Source: Trichinella spiralis (Eukaryota). Taken from it: a stretch of 64,000 nt of DNA. Every line of letters begins with the position of its first letter. Within the stretch, counting starts at the first letter, position 1. The translations under genes were made by a program, and so were the position numbers. Below are positions 53,701-64,000 of the stretch, piece after piece. Below the pieces are notes generated by a model. It saw nothing but the letters and a program-made list of their open reading frames with translations, did no database searches and was not told the origin of the DNA. The DNA lies in assembly GCF_000181795.1 (NCBI RefSeq), contig NW_003526944.1, forward strand, positions 491,383 to 555,382, in the 5' to 3' direction.

Positions 53701-54879
53701 GTCAAGTCATGTGCATACTAATACAGTAGGTGTACAATTTACATTCGGTGTGTGTACAATTCTGAACGTAAATATATAATCATAGCACTATTCGTCATTT
53801 AATAACACTGCTCACTACATTTCTGTAACTATGCTTGCTTACTTATGTTATACTAGAGGACCAGAGGCAACGCAGTAAATTAGCAAATAACGAGCAATCT
53901 GCAAATGTATTACTCAACAGATAATAATTAAATATGTAATTCCACGCAAATTTGCATTGTCAATCAAACAAGCTTGTTTAACTACATTTTCTACGATGTA
54001 TTAAGTCTATTTCTTGAATGCAACAGATTATATAAGATGGTGCAGAATTTATTTATAGTTTAGATTACAGCGTATTTTTGAAATGAAATGTGCATGTATC
54101 AAATAAAGCATGTATTAAGTAGCGTGTGCAGAAAAGCAATTCCAACTGATCTTCAGGTTTAACGGAATGTATTGTGAATCGCGCTGCAAGGACTGAGTTT
54201 AGTCAGTATTCAGATAATGACTGATGTAACAATCAGAAGCTTATTTTTCTGAACACTCCGACCGCTTTCTCGCAAGTGGACTGCACACGTTTAAGGCTGT
54301 CAAACTCGATTATGCCTACCTGATCGCGATCGTTCCGCGTTCACAAACAATCGCGTATTGGCAAAACTCAGTCGAATAATCGCACTGTTTACTCAATGCA
54401 ACACACAGAAGTGCAAACGCCGTACGCAAGGCTGTGAAAATACTCATTAAATGCAGTACTGACCTGAAGCACAAGTAAGTCCATCTTCTCAGTCTCTTCC
54501 TCTCCAAAGGAAACAACCCGCATCGTGATCCTCTGTCGTTACTCTCCTAGATCTTTTCAATATTGGCCCATAGTGAACCGTAATAGATTTAATAGTAGCT
54601 CATTTGGAACCGGTGGAATTGTAAGTTAAATTCTAGTAATAATCTCCAGTAGTTTTGCCCATCCAACTCAGAGGAAAATGCGAACCACCGCTGTGTATTC
54701 TTTCATTATTACAGGGCAATGATGAGCCTGCGCTACACAGTCTCAAAAAGCATTCTCTTGCTGGGAGGATGTTCAAAGAATACCACCGCCACTATCGGCT
54801 TCCTAATTTATTTAGCTTTCCAATGATACCAAATATGTCAGTAGTTGAATTCATTTTTGTTTTCTATCTACTATTGTAT

Positions 54880-57800
54880 AATAATCAGCAACATGTGCAT
54901 GAGATGTGCATTAAATGCTAATACATTGAAATTGTATAACAAAGTAATGGGCCACGGATTGGTATTTATTGGAGTGTGTCGACGTATCCAATTGTAAGGT
55001 AACGAAAAAGAATACCGTGGTTCTCGAAAGGCATGAAAAATTATAAAAGGCATTCTTGATAATTGAAAAAAGGACTGTACAAGATTTAAGTATGTAAATT
55101 TTCAATACTCCGCAATCGATGATTTTTTGAGAAATTCGACGAAATTATCAGTTTGACAATTTGACACTAATAGAAGATTAAAACCTCACAAATCTTAAAT
55201 CCCTGAAGCTTAATAAATCAAAAAATTGTGTGAAAAAATTTCAAACTTTAAAGATGGTATAATGCGTAAAGGAAAATCAAGAGCAATTGCCATTCAAATA
55301 AGCGACGGTTTTTAGCGGTTATGGTTCAGATCTTCTATTTAAATTTTCATAGAATGATACAATGTGCACAACTATATAAATCGTATGTTTTACGCCTTTC
55401 AAATTCATTTCTTTTGTAATCACATTACATGTTCAATTTTTTGTCAATATCTCGAGTAATACGCAATGAAGAAGAATCCGGATAAATTTGTAACAGTTTT
55501 GAACATTTTCCTGAGCGACCGAAGCTGATATTTGTAATTTTTGTAAAAGACTTCTAGAAAATTTAAAAATTTCGTGGGCTACAGACTTGGTGGTTTTGTG
55601 AAAAATGGTGAAAAATGTTTTTTCAAAATTCCAACTATTTTTAATTTTTAGGCATTCAGGGAGATGAGTTCTAGTTTTTTATTCAGTGTTTCATCCAAAT
55701 CAGTTTACAAGTTGAGAAATAAATGGCCTCTAAAATTGGTACATTGCCTACAGCAATACATAAAAAAGTTGATCATATGTAAATCTTTATCAACGGAGCC
55801 AGGGACTTCTCACCTTTGCGCATATTACATTTTTCTTTTCGAATTCTCTAGTTTTCTTTTTAATTATCTTCATATAGCAATCAATGCAATTGATTATCCT
55901 CAGATATTGCTCTAAAAATTTATTAATACCTGCTTTTCTTATCGTATACTTCAGTTCTCTCTTCTTCTCAAAAAACGAGCAATTTATGGAATTTCATCGC
56001 CATTATCGGTTTCATAATTCATTTTGCTTTTGATTGATACCAAATATGTGAATATTTGATATCATCTTCACTTTGTATTCACGGTTGTGTACCATTCAGC
56101 ATAATGATCATAAGAAGAAATAAGTGGCGTTGAAAATTAAATGGTAATTGTATGAAATTAAATAAATTCACAAATCAGTACAAATTAATAGGTATTTGCG
56201 TGGAATTTATTGGAATTTGTCGACGTATCCCATCATAAGTTCTTGTAAACTCATTCCGTCGTTCTCGAAAAGCGCGCCGAATTATAAAATGCTTTATTGA
56301 TAATTTTAAACAATGAGCTCCCAGATTTTAGTATTTAAATTTTCAATATTCCGCCATCGAGGATACTTAGAGAAAATCGACGAAATTAAAGGTTTTGGAA
56401 TTTGACATTTGTAGAAGAAAAAAAAAACTGATGCAATACGCGGGAATAGAATTTCAATTCGCAAATTTGGACTAATTTTTGTCTCTGAAGAGTAATTGAT
56501 CAAAAATTGCAAAAATGATATTTTCAATTTTTAAAAATACTGTAATCTATAAGCGCAAATGAAGAATAATTGCTATTTAATTAAGCCAGCGTTTTTCGTG
56601 GTCGTTTTTCGTGTTTCCTCCATAAATATTTACAGATGAATATATTGTTCATTGCTATGAAGCTTATGATTTTTATGCCTTCTTATTTCATCCTCCTTAT
56701 AATAACATTTCAAATTTCACTTTTTTGTCAATATCTCGAGTGATACGCAATGATGAGGACTGCGGATAAATTTGTATCAGCTCTGAATATTTTCCTGATC
56801 AACTGAAGCTGATATTAGTAATTTTCATAAATGTCTTCTCGAAAATTTCAAAATTTCGTGGGCTACAGACTTGGTTGTTTTGTGAAAAATATTCTTTCAA
56901 AATTCCAACTATTTTTGATTTTTGGGGATTCAGATTGATGAGTTCTAGTCGTGGTCTCTCAGCTAAATCAGTTTATCAGTTGAGAAATAAATGGCCTCCT
57001 AAATTGGTACATTGCCTACAGCAATACATAAAAAAGTTGATCATATGTAAATCTTTATCAACGGAGCCAGGGTCTTCTCACCTTTGCGCATATTACATTT
57101 TTCTTTTCGAATTCTTTAGTTTTCTTTTTAATTATCTTCATATAGCAATCAATGCAATTGATTATCCTCAGATATTGCTCTTAAAAATTTATTAATACCT
57201 GCTTTTCTTATCGTATACTTCAGTTCTCTCTTCTTCTCAAAAAACGAGCAATTTATGGAATTTCATCGCCATTATCGGTTTCATAATTCATTTTGCTTTT
57301 GATTGATACCAAATATGTGAATATTTGATATCATCTTCACTTTGTATTCACGGTTGTGTACCATTCAGCATAATGATCATAAGAAGAAATAAGTGGCGTT
57401 GAAAATTAAATGGTAATTGTATGAAATTAAATAAATTCACAAATCAGTACAAATTAATAGGTATTTGCGTGGAATTTATAGGAATTTGTCGACGTATGCC
57501 ATCATAAGTTCTTGTAAACTCATTCCGTCGTTCTCGAAAAGCGCGCCGAATTATAAAATGCTTTATTGATAATTTTAAACAATGAGCTCCCAGATTTTAG
57601 TATTTAAATTTTCAATATTCCGCCATCGAGGATACTAAGAGAAAATCGACGAAATTAAAGGTTTTGGAATTTGACATTTGTAGAAGAAAAAAAAACAGAT
57701 GCAATACGCGGGAATAGAATTTCAATTCGCCAATTTGGACTAATTTTTGTCTCTGAAGAGTAATTAATCAAAAAATGCAAAAATGATATTTTCTATTTTT

Positions 57801-58340
57801 AAAAATACTGTAATCTATAAACGCAAATGAAGAATAATTGCTATTTAATTAAGCCAGCGTTTTTCGTGGTCGTTTTTCATGTTTCCTCCATAAATATTTA
57901 CAGATGAATATATTGTTCATTGCTGTGAAGCTTATGATTTTTATGCCTTCTTATTTCATCCTCCTTATAATAACATTTCAAATTTCACTTTTTTGTCAAT
58001 ATCTCGAGTGATACGCAATGAAGAGGACTGCGGATAAATTTGTATCAGCTCTGAATATTTTCCTGATCAACTGAAGCTGATATTAGTAATTTTCATAAAT
58101 GACTTCTCGAAAATTTCAAAATTTCGTGGGCTACAGACTTGGTTGTTTTGTGACAAATGGTATAAAATTTCTTTTCAAGATCCCAACTATTTTTGATTTT
58201 TAGGCTTTCAGGGAGATGAGTTCTAGTTTATTGTGCAGTGTTTTATCGAAATGAGTTTTGAATTCGATAAATAAATGGCTTGTAATGTTGGTACATTTTT
58301 ACAATAATACGTGAGAAAGTTGATCATGTGTAAAGCTTTT
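54880..58340. repeat. Tandem repeat of ~1.27-kb unit (~2.7 copies)
   Basis: Anchor TGTCAATATCTCGAG has its CTCGAG at 55451, 56735 and 58003; GTCGACGTAT occurs at 54978, 56219 and 57488. The two central units are nearly identical and the flanking partial units are more diverged. Confidence 0.93.
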
Positions 58341-60556
58341 TTCCGGAAGAAAAGGAGAAAAACGGTTTCATAAACCATTATGCCGTCTTATGTAATGCTT
58401 TTCACTTTTGAGGATCTAATTTATCATTATTTTCAGTCCATTTCTATTATTGTGTTGAATGTGGTTACACAACAAAGTAAAGTATATAATAATTGTTTAA
58501 TGCACGAAGTTTCTCTAAATGTATCGTTTATAACCTCAGTTCAAACCAATTTTTATGTTGTTCTTCTTTAACATTTATTAATGCATAATTGTCATAAATG
58601 GTGTGTTATTTAACTTTGCTTAATTAGAAAAATAAGTGTTACGGAATAGCTTGCGATGCATCATCTTTAGTATTGAATTAGCTTCTCAATTATACCAAGC
58701 CTCTACTTATTTAAGTTGATTTCATTTCGTTGTCTAACACTGATTTCACGTTGCATATCAAAGATTTTAATTGTTTTAATTCCTGAAAACAGTTTATTGT
58801 AAATGGAATAAAAATGAACAAATGAACAGTGCAAGAAAAATCGCATGTGCTTGTGCGTTTTATTTATAGACATGTTTTCAGATGAAGAATTATAAGTTTC
58901 ATGCTTCCATAAGATGCAACGGATTATTAAATAAGTTATTCATAACTGAAAAGTGTTTTATGCAAAGTAAAGGTACATAAATTCCTAATCATATTCCCGG
59001 GATGTTTTCAGGAGAATTTTTCAAAACCTCCTTCTTAGCATATATGACATTTTGTGAAGAAACAAAATCATAATTGCAATATGTTTTACATGAAAACTCA
59101 TCTTTTTCAATGAATGGTGCTTTTCCTCCATCGCTAAACAATAAATGCGATTACACGAATAAAATATTTTATAATATAGGTGTGCTGTAGAGTGCAAGTA
59201 ATAATCAAGAACAATTCTTCATTCAATCTGCTATTTTATCTACTGATGAAATCTTATTTCTCTTTATAAAACTTATGGGAATGACGATTTTATCTATTGC
59301 TATGTTTGAAATTATTCATAAATTTTTCTACCTGCAGTATTCTTCATCAGCTGATGTCCGCTTCACCAATTCTTTTGAATGAAATCTCATTTTTTCCTGA
59401 CTTTGCCATCTATTTGCAATTTTTTCGATGCTTTTTATTGTTTTACTGTTTCCGATGTCCTGAGTTTCCCCTGTTCTTCAGTGTCAGATCAGTTTTCAAA
59501 ATTCCTTATTATGTGATTACTCAATTTATATATAGCAATCTTTGTTGTCTAGACGTTGTCAGCTATGAAGTATTGGATATTGAAGATTTACTGCAAAGTT
59601 CAGATAGTTGGCCAATGGGTGTTTGTTCAACTGTTGGCATAGAATCTAGTGCTACTTATATATGGCATAGCTAATTTAACGATGAAAGGCACTGAAGTTA
59701 ACGCATTTCTAGGTGAACAGAGTATGTTTATGTTAATTTGATGATGAACCCTGCCTACGGCATTATGCTTGACGCATTTGGTGCCATTCAAATCCGGAAG
59801 CAATAGTCTATATAAAGCTGTGTTTATTTTTCAGTGGTTATTATATAATTATTGGCGGACCAGTGACGTTTTCATTATTGAGCTGCGTAAGTAGCTGACT
59901 TGCTGTGCTTCCCCTCAGCCAATGTGTTCTAAATGTTGGCGGAAAAAGTCATCAGACCGCATGCATCGTTTGGAAAACTTTCATATCTCTGAATTTGATT
60001 CATACTTCATCAGCAACATGACAGCTTTCAGGTAGGATGTTTTTAATATTTGCTGGTTTTTTGTTGCTTTTATTTTTTTTCATACACTACTCCGCCTTTG
60101 CTCAGCGCTAAACATGGTAAGTTTTGGCAAATATAATAGTAGTTTAATTGCATCCGTTCTCAGTTCACTAAATCATCTTTTTAAATAATGTTCAGAAAAT
60201 GGACCTCCTTTTATTAATTACTTAGCTGATGAAATATTTCGTTTATTCTCCATTGAATTTGTTAAAATCTCTAATGAGAAATCTGAACAGGATAGCAGAT
60301 GTGATCAAGAGAGCAATCTTACCTTTTTCTAGTCTAATGGTCAGAACGGCCTTTTCTATAGTTCTGACATCGTTGAAATTGAGACCCAGAAATTCTGTGA
60401 TGCTACTGCATCATTAATAATGTCACTGCATATTCTTTTTTCCTATCTGGAAAAAATTAGCTTCATCTCCCCGGTAGCCCGTTAGTACTGATGTGTTCAG
60501 GACAACTCATTGTTACTATGCGTGAAAGTTGAATGATGGAAAGTGGTTCACTTTCT

Positions 60557-61083
60557 TACAACCTTCACATACTCCATATCACAAATTCTTCTTCCTGTCT
60601 TTTCCCTTCCTGCCCCCGCCTGTCCCACCAGATGTTGTGTGTCCATTACTGCCCATTGAATAGATCCAAGAATAATTAGCATCACGCTCATTCGTGGAAG
60701 CTTCTCTATATCATCAGTTGTACTGAGAGCGGTTTTCTATGTTGACTAGGCTGAAGTTTGCAATCTTTCTGTTGTCAACTGAGTGTATGTTTGCTTTCGT
60801 ACATTATTTACACCTCGTACACGTACACAACCTTCACATACTGCATATCACAAATTCTCATTCCTGACTTTTCCCTTTCCCCACCCACCCCCCCTCACCC
60901 ACCAAATGTGCTGTGTCCATCACTGCCCTCTGAATAATTCCAAGAATAATTGACATCCCGCTCATGTGTGGAAGCTTTTCCATATCATCAGTTGTATTTT
61001 GAGGAGTCTGCTATGTTGGCTAGGCTAAATTTTGCAAATCTTTCTGTTGTCAACTGAGTGTATGTTTGCTTTCATACATTATT
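60557..61083. repeat. Direct tandem duplication, ~270-bp unit, 2 copies
   Basis: ACAACCTTCACATACT..ATATCACAAATTCT at ~60558 and ~60827; both copies end in CTTTCTGTTGTCAACTGAGTGTATGTTTGCTTTC.TACATTATT (~60808, ~61083). Confidence 0.9.
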
Positions 61084-61375
61084 GTAATTTATTAATGTAT
61101 TTAAAAGAATTTTTGTAATTATTTTCTAGTGAGGTATTCTTGAGAATTCATTAAATAGAACTTCTTTTTCCTTGTTTAAATAGTAAAATACATAAAGGCA
61201 TTGCTATATGTGTTGATCTGAAAAAATTTACATAAAGGTGTTGTAAAGTAAACTTTATTGGTGATGAAATGCAAAGCTTATGATTAGAAAAGTGTTTACA
61301 CAGCAACGGAATGAAATTTCGTTTGGCAGTGATATATTATGTTGTACAATTGTTTCTGAAAACTGATTCTATTTT

Positions 61376-62950
61376 AGTAAATCAATATGCATACTAATGA
61401 AATTTTGCATAATATGAGATGTGTAAATAAAAACGTAATAACCTTTGTCATTTAATGTACTTGTTTACTTTTCTTATGACCCTACGCTATTACCGATGAA
61501 AATTATGGTGTTCCACATAAGGCGTAGTGGATTGCTTTATTTGCATTGTTTGCTTATTACCTCAAACTATTTCAGAGCAGTACATTTTCCATTTTATTGC
61601 CATGTCAGCAGGCGGCTCGTTATGAACTATAATTCTGCTTTTCAGTACAATGTGTGAATTGCAAATGAGCGGTAAGTTATACTTTACATTGTGCTGCGGG
61701 AATTGTTTGTAATTTGCATGACATTACAAATGTGGTGAATGAAAACTAACGTGTATCTGTATGTTTACATTCGAATTGCTATTGCAAACGTTTAGATACT
61801 GCTGTCAGTTGCTGAAGAGAAATAATTACGAATTTCTTTTTTTTAATAGGTAATTATTCGAATATAATTCACTTTCAGACTTTTGAATGGATTCACAAGA
61901 ATTAACTCATAGCAAGATCCTTTGTCTACTAGCAAAATTATGAGAAATGTAGAAGACCGCTATTTCAAGAATCTGGAAATTTGAAAGTGAACAGAAAATG
62001 CAAGTACATAGTAAACTGATTTCAATATGATTTTGTGATTATATTAATATTATGATTGTAGGGTTGCATTGGCATTTGCAGCACGTCAACTTAATCTCAA
62101 CACAGGCATTAACATTTCGTTCGTTTTTGTTAAATTTCAATAACTTTGAAAATGGAATACTATTTTGGAAAGGTGGTTTTCAGATGTACAGCGATATGTA
62201 ATACATTGGTTGGAAAGAGTAAGCTAAAAGTTATTTCAGTTTCTATATCACTCATTTTTAGATATCTTCAAATTTTATGTTGATTAACGTAACGTGTCTA
62301 TTCTCTTCATTTGTACATGATAAGTAAGTAATGCTATCATTTATATTGTCTGCGTACTATGCATAGGAATTCACAACATTTTAATGGTTTTCATTGTATC
62401 AGGTTAACGGATTTTCATAATTTGAGTAAAATCAATTTGCATACTAATGAAATTTCAAATAATATAAGCTGTGTAAATAACGTAATAACTTTTGTCGTTC
62501 TATACACTTTCAGTGTTCATTATACTTAAAGCACTACGCTACTTATGATGGAAAATTAGGTTATTTTACCTGACCTTGCTTATTTGCATAATTTACTTCG
62601 TTCCATCCTATTTCAGAGTGCTGCGTTCACCTTTAGTTGCTCGATTTATTGCCATGTCAGCGGTGATGCACATGGTCAACTCTAATGTTTCTTTCCAACG
62701 TTATATATGTTTAAACAACTGCTGTGTTTATTATAAATAAGCGGTACGTTACATTTGACATAGTGTGGCTGTTGTATGCATGTCATTAGCATGACTTTAC
62801 ATTTATGGTGTATGGAATGTATTGGTTATTTTAATTGGAATTGCTGTTCTTAACTTTCAGATACAAATATCGGTTACTGAAGCTATAGAAGTATAAATTT
62901 CTGCTTTTTACTTTGATATAACTATATTAATATAATTTGTTTTCAGGATT
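61376..62950 (+). pseudogene. Old ~1.05-kb-period duplication with exon/intron-like architecture, no intact ORF
   Basis: Colinear matching blocks in 61376-61880 and 62425-62950 (GCATACTAATGAAATTT, TATTTCAGAG, TTTATTGCCATGTCAGC, AGCGGTA[A/C]GTTA, TATAATT....TTTCAG). Splice-like signals sit at matching positions and the exon-like blocks contain stops. Confidence 0.45.
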
Positions 62951-63069
62951 CTATTTGAAGATGTACGGTACAAGGGCGTCATGAACCAAATCAGAAATGA
63001 ACATCAATTCTAGCGCTGATTGTCATATTCCAGTCTCATGGTCAGTCGCTCAGATTTTATGCTTGTCGC

Positions 63070-64000
63070 CTTACAGCAGATTAAAAAGATGCCACTGTAG
63101 CGGAAGCGAAAATGTCGACAATGAAAAATGAAAATGAAAAAATTGAAGACGGTCGATCACGTCGTTGGTTCCCCCCAGTCCATCTGACTCCAGCGTTTTC
63201 CAGTCGTAGCAATCTGACAGTTTCCTCAATTGCATCCTGAACGTCCACGGGCGTTCTGCCAGCTCAACCGCCATTTACAATGCAGCGGTACAGAGTTCAA
63301 GATCGAACAAGTCCATTGAAAGCTGGCGTGAATGGGCCACGCTGGCAAATCTTCCACATCAACTTAGGCCACTTCGATGGCCAGGGACGGATTCTTTGCA
63401 CACGGATGAACACTTCTGCGTGTAGATGAAATGGGAAAGCGAAGTAGACAACCAACGGTCAGAATTCGACTTTTAGTTGAATGCCTTTGCCGGCAACAGA
63501 AGATCACGGCGGCTGAGTGCAGGTAGAAAAGCTTTTGGAATTACCGCTGCAACGTTGCCTCGACTTGCCAGCATTATCCCACCACAACCAGCTGAGGGAA
63601 GTCTGACAGGAAGCGAGTCAGTCGAAACGGCGCAGGGGAACGACAGTGGTAAAGGTAAGTAATTTTACACTGTAGCTTTAGGGACGACGAAGAAAGACCA
63701 GAAGTCAAATTCGTCGTTCGTGGATTGCAGCCGCAACGTTGCATTGATTGGCCAGTTTGAGAGTTGGTCAGGCTGTCAGGCAAGTATCAGACGCCTGACA
63801 GCTACCGGCGACAGTGGAAAAGTTAAACTTTCAGGGACGAAGAAGATCAGGAGCCGAATTCATCGCCGTCTATCGTGGATTGCGTCCGTAACATCGCACC
63901 CATAAGGCAGCCGTAACCAGTCCCCCAAGAGTGTGGTAAGGGATCCTTGTAGTTGTCAGACGTTGAAGCAGATGAAAAGGTAAGCACTTCTAGAGATGTG
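63070..64000 (-). mobile_element. Probable degenerate transposon/retroelement fragment
   Basis: Abrupt rise in GC content. Broken minus-strand frames include PVDVQDAIEETVRLLRLE, reminiscent of gag-like helices. Internal duplication at ~63641-63738 and ~63809-63893. No diagnostic RT or integrase motif was seen. Confidence 0.3.

Noticed and set aside
59320..59680. Purine-rich minus-strand stretch that looks like decayed coding sequence
   Set aside because: Multiple stops and no recognisable family, so it cannot be supported as a pseudogene without a homology search.
60961..61000. Minus-strand CTGATGA-TATG-GAAAAGCTTC resembling a minimal hammerhead core
   Set aside because: No stem I can form, and the sister repeat copy lacks GAAA.
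61261..61358. Box C (GTGATGA) ... box D (CTGA) spacing like a C/D snoRNA
   Set aside because: No terminal stem, no recognisable rRNA guide and no evident host gene; such motifs are common by chance.
1..64000. tRNA, rRNA, snRNA/SL RNA genes, telomeric arrays, CRISPR arrays
   Set aside because: None recognised by eye; a covariance-model scan would be needed to exclude divergent small RNAs.

Overview
AT-rich eukaryotic genomic DNA with many short GT-AG introns. It is most consistent with a nematode, probably clade I (Trichinella-like); this is inferred from gene content and intron style, not proven. The first ~50.5 kb is gene-dense, with ten spliced genes: alpha-spectrin (-, runs off the window start), PIG-C (-), lipin (+), mitochondrial J-protein Tim14/Pam18 (+), beta-carbonic anhydrase (-), F-BAR/HR1/SH3 TOCA/CIP4-like protein (+), USP36-like deubiquitinase (+), class A acetylcholinesterase with T-peptide (-), a spacer-less ADAMTS-like metalloprotease (-) and a 125-aa NTF2/SnoaL-like (DUF4440-type) protein (-). 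The last ~13.5 kb has no recognisable intact gene. It carries a ~1.27-kb tandem repeat, smaller duplications, decayed exon-like relics and probable transposon debris. The most notable observations are the bacterial-looking but intron-containing DUF4440-type gene, a possible read-through (AChE-R-like) isoform and poly-Trp signal peptide in the cholinesterase, an overlapping uORF on USP36, a candidate lipin-Tim14 operon, and a GC-rich structured island with a defective hammerhead-like core. No clearly new multi-gene system could be established from sequence alone.
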